Shown one piece after another: positions 45,486-56,834 of a stretch of 64,000 nt of DNA (the stretch's first letter is position 1; each line of letters starts with the position of its first letter). The DNA comes from Lachnospiraceae bacterium. Lineage in GTDB: Bacteria; Bacillota; Clostridia; Lachnospirales; Lachnospiraceae. Made by a program: the position numbers and the translations under genes. The DNA is taken from the NCBI GenBank assembly GCA_017543445.1, contig JAFYGB010000026.1:5366-69365 (forward strand), read 5' to 3'. The notes under the pieces were generated by a model. It saw only the letters and a list, made by a program, of their open reading frames with translations, had not been told where the DNA came from and did no database searches.

Positions 45486-45914
45486 TTATCTCTTCTCTCC
45501 GACTTCGATACGCACTAGCGCTCTGCGAAGCGCGAGCTCGGTCCGCATGACGTTCATGCCGGAACTGTAGCGCTTCAGGCGGCGTTCCGCCCGCTGCTGC
45601 GCTATGCGTGCACGGTTCAGATCGATTTCTTCGGGCCATTCGACCGCTTCCGCTATGACATGCACCTCTTCGGGTAAAACCTCGATAAAACCGCTGTGAA
45701 GGGCCGCCTCGCGGATGTTCGCGGTGGTCTTCCCCTGCGCGGGCTCGTGGATGCGCATGACACCGGGCGCCAGGACGAAAGTCGTTGGGATGTGGCCGGC
45801 GTAGATACCGATCTCACCCTCCGAGGTCGTCAACTCAAGCATGCTGACATCGCCCTCGTAGAAAACGCGCTCCGGGGACAGGATCCGCAGATGAAATGTA
45901 TTTGCAGCTGCCAT
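45486..45914 (-). CDS. atpC: F-type ATPase subunit epsilon
   Basis: LRILSPERVFYEGDV..L.TSEGEIGIYAGHIP. Confidence 0.85.
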   Translation of the reverse strand: MAAANTFHLRILSPERVFYEGDVSMLELTTSEGEIGIYAGHIPTTFVLAPGVMRIHEPAQGKTTANIREAALHSGFIEVLPEEVHVIAEAVEWPEEIDLNRARIAQQRAERRLKRYSSGMNVMRTELALRRALVRIEVGEKR

Positions 45915-45923
45915 AAGCGCCTC

Positions 45924-47363
<1,440 letters not shown>

Positions 47364-47366
47364 TTA

Positions 47367-48224
47367 TTACGAAATTGCATTCGCGCCGGCGATGATCTCC
47401 GTGAGTTCCTGTGTGATCGAACTCTGTCTGGCGCGGTTGTACTCCAGCTCCAGATCTTCCATCATCTCTTCGGCGTTCTTTGTGGCATTGTCCATGGCCT
47501 GCATGCGGGCCGCATTCTCCGAGGCGATCGCCTCGACGAAAGCGCCGTGCAGGATCCCTGCCATATACTGGGGAATGATCTGCTCTAAGACCTCTTCCTC
47601 CCCGGGTTCGTAGTTCATCGGGGAAAATGAAGGCTTCTTCGCGATCTCCTCCTGATCGAACTGCAGAGGCAGAAGCTTCAGCAGTTTCGGTTCCTGGACC
47701 ATCGTGTTTTTGAACGAAGTGTAAGCGAGGTAGATCTCTTTGATCTCGCCGTTCTTAAACGCGTCCAAAAGCTGCTGGCACAGGTAGAGCGCGTCGAGGA
47801 ACATCGGCGCGTTGATGAGCTCCGACATGTCCGCCACGACATTGTAGCCGCGGTGGGTCAGGCCGTCGCGTCCCTTCGTTCCGACTGCGTAGACCACCAG
47901 GTCTTCCTTCGGAATCTCCCACTGTGTGATCAGCTTTACGATGTTGTTGTTATAACCGCCGGCCAGGCCGCGGTTCGACGTGATCGCCACGACGGCGGTC
48001 TTTCCGCCCTCGCCCGGCGTCAGGTACGGGCTGGAGACATCCGGTGACGACGCAATGATCGATGTCACCGTGTCGTACAGGAAGCCGAAATACGGCTTGG
48101 AATGCTCCGCCTGGACGCGCGTCTTTTGCAATTTTACGGTGGACACCAGCTTCATCGCTTTCGTGATCTGTCCTGTGGACGACACGCTCGCTCTTCGCTT
48201 TTTAAGGTCCGTCATCGATGCCAT
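47367..48224 (-). CDS. atpG: F-type ATPase subunit gamma
   Basis: DLKKRRASVSSTGQITKAMKLVS...ITQELTEIIAGA. Confidence 0.9.
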   Translation of the reverse strand: MASMTDLKKRRASVSSTGQITKAMKLVSTVKLQKTRVQAEHSKPYFGFLYDTVTSIIASSPDVSSPYLTPGEGGKTAVVAITSNRGLAGGYNNNIVKLITQWEIPKEDLVVYAVGTKGRDGLTHRGYNVVADMSELINAPMFLDALYLCQQLLDAFKNGEIKEIYLAYTSFKNTMVQEPKLLKLLPLQFDQEEIAKKPSFSPMNYEPGEEEVLEQIIPQYMAGILHGAFVEAIASENAARMQAMDNATKNAEEMMEDLELEYNRARQSSITQELTEIIAGANAIS

Positions 48225-48242
48225 AAAACCTTCACCTACTTA

Positions 48243-49742
48243 TCATTCACTCTTAAACTCTTCGATCACCGCCGCGAGTCTCTCTTCCAACTCTGCGGTC
48301 AGCTCCCTCTTCTCGCGGATCTCATCCGGAATCTCGGGATGCTTCGAATCGATAAACTCAAACAATTCTTTTTCAAATGTCGCGATCTGAGCCACCGGGA
48401 TATCTAGCAGATACTTCCGCGTTGCCGCGAAGATGATGATCACCTGGTACTCGACCGGCATGGGCTTATACTGCGGCTGCTTCAGGACTTCGCGGATGCG
48501 CTCGCCCTGCGCCAGCTTCTCCTTCGTATCGTCGTCCAACTCGGATCCGAACTGGGAGAAAGCTGCCAGTTCGCGGTACTGTGCCAGCTCCACACGGATG
48601 GGCGCCGCGATCTTTTTGATCGCCTTGATCTGCGCCGCGCCGCCGACACGGGATACCGAAAGTCCCGCATTGACCGCCGGGCGGAAGCCCGCGTTGAACA
48701 TCTCCGTCTCCAGGTAGACCTGGCCGTCGGTGATGGAGATAACGTTCGTCGGGATGTAAGCGGAAACGTCGCCCGCCTGCGTCTCGATAATGGGAAGCGC
48801 GGTCAGGGAACCGCCGCCGTACTCCTCGGACAGACGCGCCGCACGCTCGAGCAGACGCGAATGCAGGTAGAAAACGTCGCCGGGATATGCCTCACGCCCC
48901 GGGGGACGCTTCAGCAGAAGCGACAGGGTACGGTACGCCGCCGCATGCTTCGACAGATCGTCATATATGATCAGGACGTCCTTGCCGTTCTCCATCCACT
49001 CCTCGCCGATCGCACAGCCCGCGTACGGGGCGATGTACTGCAGCGGCGCGAGCTCACTCGCCGTAGAAGCAACGACCGTGGTGTAATCCATGGCGCCGTG
49101 CTCCTCCAGCGTCTTCACGATATTCGCTACCGTGGACGCCTTCTGGCCGATGGCTACGTAGATGCACAGAACATTCTCTTTCTTCTGGTTAATGATCGTA
49201 TCGATCGCGATGGCCGTCTTACCGGTCTGGCGGTCGCCGATGATGAGCTCACGCTGTCCGCGGCCGATGGGCACCATGGCGTCGATCGCCTTGATACCGG
49301 TCTGCAGCGGCACGCTGACGGACTTACGTGTGATAACACCGGGCGCCACGCGCTCGATCTTTCGATAGGTCTTTGTGAGGATGGGGCCCTTACCGTCGAT
49401 CGGCTGGCCGAGCGCATTGACCACGCGTCCACGCATGGCATCGCCGACCGGGACCTCAACGACGCGACCGGTCGTCTTGACCATGTCGCCCTCGCGGATA
49501 TTTCCGGTATCACCCATCATTACAACGCCGACATTGTCCTCTTCCAAGTTCAGGACCATGCCGTAGATCTCGTTCGGGAACTCCAACAGCTCACCCTGCA
49601 TGGCCTTCTCCAGACCGTGCACGCGGGCAATGCCGTCCGCCACCTGAATGACCGTTCCCACGTCCGATACGTCCAGGACGGATGTAAAACGGGCTATTTG
49701 TTCTTTAATTACAGAACTGATCTCTTCCGGTTTTAAATTCAT
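48243..49742 (-). CDS. atpA: F-type ATPase subunit alpha
   Basis: [15 protein letters not shown] (Walker A), [32 protein letters not shown]. Confidence 0.95.
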   Translation of the reverse strand: MNLKPEEISSVIKEQIARFTSVLDVSDVGTVIQVADGIARVHGLEKAMQGELLEFPNEIYGMVLNLEEDNVGVVMMGDTGNIREGDMVKTTGRVVEVPVGDAMRGRVVNALGQPIDGKGPILTKTYRKIERVAPGVITRKSVSVPLQTGIKAIDAMVPIGRGQRELIIGDRQTGKTAIAIDTIINQKKENVLCIYVAIGQKASTVANIVKTLEEHGAMDYTTVVASTASELAPLQYIAPYAGCAIGEEWMENGKDVLIIYDDLSKHAAAYRTLSLLLKRPPGREAYPGDVFYLHSRLLERAARLSEEYGGGSLTALPIIETQAGDVSAYIPTNVISITDGQVYLETEMFNAGFRPAVNAGLSVSRVGGAAQIKAIKKIAAPIRVELAQYRELAAFSQFGSELDDDTKEKLAQGERIREVLKQPQYKPMPVEYQVIIIFAATRKYLLDIPVAQIATFEKELFEFIDSKHPEIPDEIREKRELTAELEERLAAVIEEFKSE

Positions 49743-49764
49743 GTGGAATAACCACCTTCCTGTA

Positions 49765-50316
49765 TTATTCGCCGATCTGCAGACCGCGCAGACTCTTCTC
49801 CAGCTGCTTCAGCCGGGTCTTGATGCTGCTGTCGACCACGCGATCCTTGATCCGGATCACCATGCCGCCGATCAGGCTCTCATCGATATCATACGTGATC
49901 TCGAGGGACCTGTAACCGGTCGTCTGCAGTAGTTTCTTATGAATCTCGAGTTTCTTCAACTCGCTGATCGCAAACGGAGTCGTTACCGATACGATGCCTA
50001 TCTTCTTCTCTTCCTTATAGATCGAGATGAAGTAGTCAAACATATCATCCAGATACTCCTGTCTGGACTTCTTCAGGACAATGGAGAGAAAGCCGGACAT
50101 TTCGTTGCTGACTCTCCCCTGAAACGTTCTCGTCAGAAGATCCTGCTTCGACGTGCTGTCCACATCGGGGGAAACGAGGACGTTCATCAGTTGCGGTGTT
50201 TCGGTCAACGCCGTCTTCACCGCAAGGACCTCTTCATAAAGAGTATCCAACATATTTCGTTCTTTTCCGATGGAAAACAGGGCGTCTCCGTAGACATTTG
50301 CAACTAATTTTGCCAT
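49765..50316 (-). CDS. atpH: F-type ATPase subunit delta (OSCP)
   Basis: Position in the operon. [13 protein letters not shown]..., C-terminal [20 protein letters not shown]. Confidence 0.85.
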   Translation of the reverse strand: MAKLVANVYGDALFSIGKERNMLDTLYEEVLAVKTALTETPQLMNVLVSPDVDSTSKQDLLTRTFQGRVSNEMSGFLSIVLKKSRQEYLDDMFDYFISIYKEEKKIGIVSVTTPFAISELKKLEIHKKLLQTTGYRSLEITYDIDESLIGGMVIRIKDRVVDSSIKTRLKQLEKSLRGLQIGE

Positions 50317-50894
50317 GTGTCCTCTCCCATTTCCTTTAAGGTATCATTCAGGAGCTCTTCCTGGATCTCAACGTCCATCTTCTCAGCGACTGCCTTCTGC
50401 GCCATGGCGCCGGCGATGTCGATGATCTCCTGCTTCATACCCTCCAGGGCTTTTCTGCGCTCGCGCTCGATCTCGATGTCCGCACGACTCATGAGCCGGG
50501 CCGCCTCTTCCTTCGCTTCGGCGACGATCTCCGCCTCGTTCTTCAAGGCCTTCTGACGTGCCTGGCTTAAGATCTCCTCGACCTCATCATCCGCCTGGGA
50601 AAGACGCGCCTCATATTCTTTTTTTAGAGCGTCCGCGTCCTTCTTATCCTGCTCAGCGGCTGCGATGTCCGCCTCCACCTTCTCACGCCGGCCCGAAAGC
50701 ATCTTTCGCGCCGGATTGAAAACCAGGTAAGACAGGATGAAAAAGATCAGGAATACATTGACCGCCATGATCAATGTGTCGTGGACGAGCTGCATGTCCA
50801 GGCCGAACAAACGGGTGGTCTCTTCGGCCGCCTGCGTTGCTTCGACACCGGTCGTGACAGTCATGCGCACGAGCGTTAGTAACTGCTGTACCAT
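50304..50894 (-). CDS. atpF: F-type ATPase subunit b
   Basis: Single N-terminal TM followed by a long charged coiled coil. Operon position agrees. Confidence 0.8.
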   Translation of the reverse strand: MVQQLLTLVRMTVTTGVEATQAAEETTRLFGLDMQLVHDTLIMAVNVFLIFFILSYLVFNPARKMLSGRREKVEADIAAAEQDKKDADALKKEYEARLSQADDEVEEILSQARQKALKNEAEIVAEAKEEAARLMSRADIEIERERRKALEGMKQEIIDIAGAMAQKAVAEKMDVEIQEELLNDTLKEMGEDTWQN

Positions 50895-50907
50895 TTATGC
50901 CTCCAAA

Positions 50908-51162
50908 TTAGCCTAAAGGTTTTACAAACAAAAGAATGATAGCTACGGCGAAACCATAGAGACCGGTCGTCTCGGCTACCGCCTGGCCCAAAAGCATGGT
51001 GGAAGTAACTGCGCTCTTTGCGCCCGGATTACGTCCTACGGCTGCAGCTGCGGCGCCTGCGGCACCACCCTGTCCGATACCGGTACCGAGACCGGAGATC
51101 ATTGCGATACCCGCTCCGATGGCCGACATACCCATGATAAAATCGTGTCCACTGATGTTCAT
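50908..51162 (-). CDS. atpE: F-type ATPase c-subunit (Na+-binding-type signature)
   Basis: 84-aa hairpin protein: GIGQGGAAG....GRNPGA....[15 protein letters not shown]. Confidence 0.9.
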   Translation of the reverse strand: MNISGHDFIMGMSAIGAGIAMISGLGTGIGQGGAAGAAAAAVGRNPGAKSAVTSTMLLGQAVAETTGLYGFAVAIILLFVKPLG

Positions 51163-51276
51163 TGTAAATTCCTCCTAAAGAATTAAAACTGATATATTTG
51201 CACGGGACGGTTTGCGGTTCTTCCGGTCCTTCCCGTTAAACGCTTGTTTACGGTCCATGCTTCCCGACCCTTACGA

Positions 51277-52011
51277 TCACTCTTCGTCGTGGATCTTATC
51301 CTCGATGAAGGTCATGGAAAGCATACAGAATACGTAGGTCTGGATCACGCCCGAGAACAGGTCGAGATACATGTGCAAAAATGCGGGGATACCGATTTTT
51401 GCGAAGATGGGCATGAGGCCGTACCACAGACCCATCATAACGGTACCGGCCATGATGTTACCGAAGAGACGCAACGACAGCGACATCGGCGTCGCGACCT
51501 CACTGATTACATTGATCGGGAACAACAGGAAACTGGGCTGGAACAACGCTCCGAAGTGGCCCAGTTTGTTTTTGCGGATGCCGCTCGCGTGGATCAGGAT
51601 GAAGGTTCCCAAGCCCAGGCACAGCGTTACGCCGTAGTCCGCCGTCGGTGCACGCAGTCCGAAGATACCGGAGATGTTGCACAGGATGACGAATACAAAT
51701 ATCGACAGTATGTAATTTCGGTAGGTCTTCGCATGTTTCCCCATGTTTCCGACTACCATATTATCCAGGAATTCCACAACCAGCTCAATCACGTTCAGGA
51801 AGGCGCCGGGCTTTTGGTAAATGCCCGCCTTCTGACGTTTTAACTCCCTGCGGATCGCGATATTCGCGCAAATGGCGAGTACAAGCACCGTCAGCGTCAC
51901 GATCAGCATGGCCACATGTGTTGTTGTAAAATGCACTATGGAACCGAAGAAATTATGATCTTCGAGGAATTTGATCATAAATTCCGCATCATCCGCGCAT
52001 ACGTAACTCAA
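51277..52011 (-). CDS. atpB: F-type ATPase subunit a
   Basis: Polytopic protein with LSLRLFGNIMAG (conserved Arg). The exact start is uncertain. Confidence 0.85.
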   Translation of the reverse strand: MSYVCADDAEFMIKFLEDHNFFGSIVHFTTTHVAMLIVTLTVLVLAICANIAIRRELKRQKAGIYQKPGAFLNVIELVVEFLDNMVVGNMGKHAKTYRNYILSIFVFVILCNISGIFGLRAPTADYGVTLCLGLGTFILIHASGIRKNKLGHFGALFQPSFLLFPINVISEVATPMSLSLRLFGNIMAGTVMMGLWYGLMPIFAKIGIPAFLHMYLDLFSGVIQTYVFCMLSMTFIEDKIHDEE

Positions 52012-52016
52012 AGCTT

Positions 52017-52613
52017 TTACTCCTTTTCATCGTGATTATCGAAAACTTCCGCGCCCTTCGTTTCACCGGCCGCGGGATCCTGCTTCGGATCCGCATCCGC
52101 GGAAGCATATACATCGTCTTCGTCGTCCTCATCCTCGGGATCTTCGATCCGAAGGTGAGCGAGCGACTCGTCGTAGTCGGGTTCCTTCCCGCAACGAATG
52201 CGGTGGATCACCGGCCGTAAATAGAGGGCGAGCTTCAGCATCAATACGCCCAATGCGATGGCCAGAACATCCGCCACGCCGGAAAAATAGCAGGCCAGGA
52301 CCAGCAGGATCAGCACCGCGATGCGGATGGAAAAACCGCGCACCGCATAGGAGGAAGCTCCCTTCGCGTCCAGGTCCATGGCTCGTTCCATGGTGTGCGC
52401 CAGATGGATCATGTAGAACGCATCGTAGGCGCCGGCCAGGATGAGCCCCAGCAGTAAGCGTGCCTTCTCCCACGAGAACGTGAGAAAACCGCCATAGAAT
52501 AAGCCTGACACCACCAGGCTAATGCCCAGTATGATGCCAAGGGCCGTCAGAGTCTCACTTAAAACTTCCCGGGTCTGCTTTGACATATTCGTCCTCATCG
52601 TCTTCGTCGTCAT
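52017..52613 (-). CDS. atpI: ATP synthase protein I-like membrane protein with an acidic C-terminal tail
   Basis: Position directly upstream of atpB, with four hydrophobic segments. The true start may be the ATG at 52586 (MSKQTREV). Confidence 0.55.
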   Translation of the reverse strand: MTTKTMRTNMSKQTREVLSETLTALGIILGISLVVSGLFYGGFLTFSWEKARLLLGLILAGAYDAFYMIHLAHTMERAMDLDAKGASSYAVRGFSIRIAVLILLVLACYFSGVADVLAIALGVLMLKLALYLRPVIHRIRCGKEPDYDESLAHLRIEDPEDEDDEDDVYASADADPKQDPAAGETKGAEVFDNHDEKE

Positions 52614-52914
52614 CGTCGACTATGCCGCTTCGCTTCTCGCGCTCCAGCCGCTCGTAGATACCGGCCAGGTTGTTTTCATCGTTCTTCCCGACCAGCGTGA
52701 ACGCCTGGCGAAACATCTGCGCCAGACCGCAGATCAGGCCGATGAACACCATCCACACCGTGATCGACCAACCGAAAACATGGTCCAGAAGCATGCCGAT
52801 GATCACGAAGACCGCGACATTTGCGATGACGATCAAGCCCAGCTGAAGCACCATGGTCCAGGCCTTTACGACCTGTCTTTTGCCTTCGTTTTCTGTCTTC
52901 TGCGACATCATCAT
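52555..52914 (-). CDS. atpZ: AtpZ/AtpI-family small membrane protein
   Basis: It is the first gene of the atp operon and has two TM segments (WTMVLQLGLIVIANVAVFVIIGMLLD, ITVWMVFIGLICGL). The start is moved to the MMM codons at 52914 because the track start (52977) lies upstream of the predicted -10 box. Confidence 0.55.
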   Translation of the reverse strand: MMMSQKTENEGKRQVVKAWTMVLQLGLIVIANVAVFVIIGMLLDHVFGWSITVWMVFIGLICGLAQMFRQAFTLVGKNDENNLAGIYERLEREKRSGIVDDDDEDDEDEYVKADPGSFK

Positions 52915-52966
52915 CACCACTCTCTTTAGGGTCGAAAATCGAAATCCAAATCTTCGCCCGATATAC

Positions 52967-52995
52967 ATTATAGCCACTTCTTGTCAACTTGTCTA
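52967..52995 (-). promoter_or_regulatory. Candidate atp operon promoter
   Basis: Minus strand: TAGACA, 17-nt spacer, TATAAT. Confidence 0.4.
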
Positions 52996-53024
52996 CTGTT
53001 TTCTGGATAGCGTCTAAACAAAAG

Positions 53025-53070
53025 TGCCTCGAATCAATTTACAACCCACGGGTTGGAATGATTCAAGGCA
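53025..53070 (-). terminator. Terminator after the fused ABC/FtsX gene
   Basis: Long hairpin tgcctcgaatca...caaccc acg gggttg...tgattcaaggca, then cttttgttt on the minus strand. Confidence 0.55.
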
Positions 53071-53091
53071 AAACTGCTTTTTATGCCGTAT

Positions 53092-55596
53092 CTACTGTCG
53101 GTCTTGAAGCAACTGTATCGTTTTCTTTCTCGACATGATCGCTAAAGGAACAAATGTGACTACCAGACATATTACCAAAACAACGATAGATGCTACTACA
53201 AGGAGTACCACATTTGGCGTGAAAACATCGATATGCAGTCCATTACTGTCCGCAAATGCTGTCTGCATTCGGTTCAGATAACGAAAGACTCCCAATGTCA
53301 GGAGATCCGCGAGGATAATCGATACGACCGAAATAAACATAGCATTCCAAAGGAAAATCCGTCGGATATCTCTGCTCTGAACCCCCAGCGCTCTTAAGAT
53401 ACCAATTCTTCTCGACTGATCTTTAACGCTGTAGCCCAGAAACGTGATCAAGATAAATGTCAACATCACAAACAGCACCAACAGAATCGCATATAGAGCG
53501 TCCTTCACCGTGATCGTAATGTTGCGATATGAATAAATAGGCGCACATCGATCATCATTGATCCGATACCCAGTCTCTGTCAGGTCATGAATCTGCTGTG
53601 AAACATTTTCATTTGGGATATACAAGCATCCGGTAAAGGAATAATACTCTTTGTATATATCCGTTATCCAGTCAAAGACCTCGGGCATGAACAACACCTC
53701 GGAATAGCCTGTTTCACTTCCGGTTGAGTATACGCCTACTACGTCGACCTTTTTTCCTACGCGATCAAATAAGTTGATCTGATTGTCGTATTTTCCTTCG
53801 AACTTTGCGTCATACAAGTCCGGGAGGCGAAAATGAACGGGGAATGCGTTGTTCACATAGTCGCCATACCCCATGGCCTTCTCTTCGGAAATCAGAACTT
53901 CATTCTCCGATAGCGGAAGGCGTCCCCACGTGAGATCATCTTCCGTTATATTCTCGGTCGATCCCGCCATTATTACTCTCTCCGTAAAATCATGTGCTGT
54001 CGTCGCCCAAGTCACATCCAATGCGGAAAGTGCCACGGATGTTATCTTTCCGGTTTTCTCGGAAACCTGAGCCTTTGACAGAAGGATTTTTACCGCCCCC
54101 GAAGCATCCGTCAATTCAAACAATCCGCATAGCGTCAAGTCTCCAATAGCGGTGTGGAGCGTGTCGGAAACCTTGACATTAAGTTTTTCGGCCAACTCTT
54201 TCGTTATAGCTGCTTCTCCGATTTGTTTAGGTCCGGTTCCGTCACTGAATTTAACCCCGCCTGGAATGGTTGTGTCAGCGAAAAGAATTTGAGCGTTCCA
54301 ATAGTCCTCTCCTTCCTCCATGAGTTCCCATCCGTCAACCTCTTCGGTCTCGCTGACATTCGCAGGATGCGCGAAAACCTGCAGTTTCCACTCCTTCTTA
54401 AGATAGTTCCCCTCGGAAGCAGTGTTTAGTCCATTTATAAATGCCTTTCCGTTGGTTTCCGGAATGGCTTCATCACTCTCCTCAGTCTTCCGAACCATCT
54501 CAAACGCGTCTTCGTCTGCGCTTTGCATGTATTTCGTAACAGCTATGCTGTAGTCATTGTTCACCAAAAGAACCGTGAAGAAAAACAGCATAGATAAAAA
54601 AGCCGAAAGAATCAGGGCCAGCGCCATCTTTCCCTTACTATGCCGAATCAAATATATCGCCTGTCTGAAAGAGTCCCCATATGGAAGCTTTCGGCTTTCC
54701 TCCGACTTTAACGTCAGCGCCTCTGCTGACTTCTCTTCCAAAGAAGCCGACTTTTCTACCTTGAACCGTCCACTCAGCCTTTCGTAAAAGAATCCGTTCC
54801 ACTTAGCATGTCGGATCATCTGTTGTTTCATATCAAATCGGTTCAGCGGAACCCGCTCCGTTTTACCTTGAATATCCACTTCAACTTCGTAGGTATCTTC
54901 CGAAAGGAGTTTATTCTTGCTGTTATCTCTGTCTTCGATTACTTTTCCTTCGGAGAGGGTGATAATGCGATCCCCGTATTCATCTGCCGCGTGCCAGTCA
55001 TGGGAGATCAGCACTACCAGACAATGTTTAGAAATACGATTGAAAAGATCAAGAATCTCGTGAGCATTTTCCGGATCCAAATTACCGGTTGCCTCATCGG
55101 CAAACACAATCTGAGGATTCTTAATAATGGCACGAGCGATTGCAACACGCTGTTTCTGGCCGGCACTCAACTGTCCACAAAGGGCCCCTTTGAACTCTGC
55201 CAATCCCACGTATTCCAGGACTTTTATAACCTGCTCCTGGGCAACAGACTCCTCATATGTTTGGATCCTCAACGGGAGCATCAGGTTCTCCGCTACCGTC
55301 ATATCCTCCAGAAGGTTAAAGTTCTGAAAGACAATACCGATCTGTGTATTGCGTAGCTGATCCCACTCCCTTTGGGACAGATGCGTCACGTCCTTTTCAT
55401 CCTGATATATCGAGCCGGATGTAGGGCGATCGATCCCACATAACATATTCATCAACGTTGTCTTTCCGCTACCGCTAATACCATTGATAAAAACAAGTCC
55501 ACGCTCGGGAAATGTGAGTGAAAGCGAATCCACCGCCAATGTTGTTCTCTTCCGAGATTGATAGACTTTGGTAAGTTTCTCCAGTCTTAATATCAT
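53092..55596 (-). CDS. MacB-type fused ABC ATPase/FtsX permease (canonical ATPase motifs)
   Basis: GISGSGKTTL (Walker A), LSAGQKQRVAIARAI, IVFADEATGNLD, LISHD. A large ectodomain sits between TM1 and a C-terminal FtsX-type 3-TM bundle (LRALGVQSRDI...). Confidence 0.85.
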   Translation of the reverse strand: MILRLEKLTKVYQSRKRTTLAVDSLSLTFPERGLVFINGISGSGKTTLMNMLCGIDRPTSGSIYQDEKDVTHLSQREWDQLRNTQIGIVFQNFNLLEDMTVAENLMLPLRIQTYEESVAQEQVIKVLEYVGLAEFKGALCGQLSAGQKQRVAIARAIIKNPQIVFADEATGNLDPENAHEILDLFNRISKHCLVVLISHDWHAADEYGDRIITLSEGKVIEDRDNSKNKLLSEDTYEVEVDIQGKTERVPLNRFDMKQQMIRHAKWNGFFYERLSGRFKVEKSASLEEKSAEALTLKSEESRKLPYGDSFRQAIYLIRHSKGKMALALILSAFLSMLFFFTVLLVNNDYSIAVTKYMQSADEDAFEMVRKTEESDEAIPETNGKAFINGLNTASEGNYLKKEWKLQVFAHPANVSETEEVDGWELMEEGEDYWNAQILFADTTIPGGVKFSDGTGPKQIGEAAITKELAEKLNVKVSDTLHTAIGDLTLCGLFELTDASGAVKILLSKAQVSEKTGKITSVALSALDVTWATTAHDFTERVIMAGSTENITEDDLTWGRLPLSENEVLISEEKAMGYGDYVNNAFPVHFRLPDLYDAKFEGKYDNQINLFDRVGKKVDVVGVYSTGSETGYSEVLFMPEVFDWITDIYKEYYSFTGCLYIPNENVSQQIHDLTETGYRINDDRCAPIYSYRNITITVKDALYAILLVLFVMLTFILITFLGYSVKDQSRRIGILRALGVQSRDIRRIFLWNAMFISVVSIILADLLTLGVFRYLNRMQTAFADSNGLHIDVFTPNVVLLVVASIVVLVICLVVTFVPLAIMSRKKTIQLLQDRQ

Positions 55597-55675
55597 GTCG
55601 ATCTCCTACATAAAGCACAAAAGCCGCCGATCATCACCAGCGACTCTTGCGGTATGTTTTATTTTTCGTTTTCTT

Positions 55676-56227
55676 TTATGTTACCATGTATGGAAGTTTC
55701 AATGAATTGAGGAATGTCCTCCTCCGGAATACAGTTAGGATCGTCCATGTCTTCCTGCGTCCACAATAGTATCTCTCCAAAGTGTGCAACGCGATGATAA
55801 CAGTACCCCCAATAAGAGTTTCAGTATCAGGTGAAAAACTAGAACCTAGCGCCTCTTGAAAAAAACTCATAGCGGAACTCCCGACATAATAGAAATTGAA
55901 ATTGGGGTTCTAATCCGCCAGTTTTATCAAACGGAACGCATCTTCTTTAGTGATGTTCCCCTCTCCACTTATATCAAACATGAGAAGGTATACATAATCA
56001 TTATCTCGCAGAACCGTTTGCGTGTCTATCGATGTTACCCTTTCATAGTTCAATTCTCCCATGTTGTAGTTGTCGCCATAGACCAGGCACACGAAATCGA
56101 CGTCGTTATTAAATTAATCAGCCCCTGTATCCATACCTGGTTTATCATTTCTTGCCAATATGTATACAATAATTCCGCTAATAATCAGGCCGAATAAAAC
56201 GCCTAATAAGGCTCTAGTTTTTTTCAT
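55676..56227 (-). pseudogene. Decayed tandem paralog of the 56214-56792 gene
   Basis: The ATG at 56227 gives MKKTRALLGVLFGLIISGIIVYILARNDKPGMDTGAD followed by TAA. Continuing past the stop, the reading gives FNNDVDFVCLVYGDNYNMGELNYERV..DTQTVLRDNDYVYLLMFDISGEGNITKEDAFRL, which parallels the intact neighbour. The C-terminal part (55676-55870) continues in a different frame. Confidence 0.7.
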
Positions 56228-56792
56228 TTTCCGAAACAAAACGAGTTATATCCGAGATAATAAGCTTAGGGATGCTTATCTCTGGCTTCCTTTCCGGATG
56301 ACTCATATCTTCCTTTGTCCATAATCCCACCGACCCAAAATGACTCACTCTTTCGAAGCAATATCCCAAAACTAAATTGTCCTGAATTATCGAATTAGCG
56401 CCTCGGGCCTCTTGAAAAAATCCCATGGATTTACTCCCGACATAATAAAAATTGAAATTCGAATTTTCATTCGCGATGTTAACTAATCTATATGCATCTT
56501 CTTTGGTAATGTTTCCGCCCCCACTCAGATCAAACATAAGGAGATACACATAATCATTATCGCGCAATACAGTATCCGTTTCAATATTATCTACTCGCTC
56601 TGTTACTAAACCGTTCATATCATAATCGTCTCCGTAGATCAAACATACAAAATCAACATCATCATTAAGGTACTCTATGTTTGTCTTATCATCGGGACCA
56701 TTATCAGATAGAGCAACCCATACCAGAACAAATCCAACAGTCAAAAAAAAGGCGGTTATCGGAAACCAAATTTTAAAACTATTTTTGCTCAT
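56214..56792 (-). CDS. Membrane-anchored hypothetical protein
   Basis: N-terminal anchor FKIWFPITAFFLTVGFVLVWVAL. No known motif. A paralogous remnant lies immediately downstream. Confidence 0.6.
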   Translation of the reverse strand: MSKNSFKIWFPITAFFLTVGFVLVWVALSDNGPDDKTNIEYLNDDVDFVCLIYGDDYDMNGLVTERVDNIETDTVLRDNDYVYLLMFDLSGGGNITKEDAYRLVNIANENSNFNFYYVGSKSMGFFQEARGANSIIQDNLVLGYCFERVSHFGSVGLWTKEDMSHPERKPEISIPKLIISDITRFVSENEKN

Positions 56793-56834
56793 GATATATC
56801 CTCTATTCCTTATGTTTCCTTCACGTATTATTAA

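Noticed and set aside
52915-52977. The upstream extension (MAIMYIGRRFGFRFSTLKRVV) of the AtpZ-like ORF.
   Set aside because: The track start lies upstream of the best -10 box (TATAAT at 52967-52972, minus strand), so it would not be transcribed from that promoter. The MMM codons at 52906-52914 are the more plausible start.
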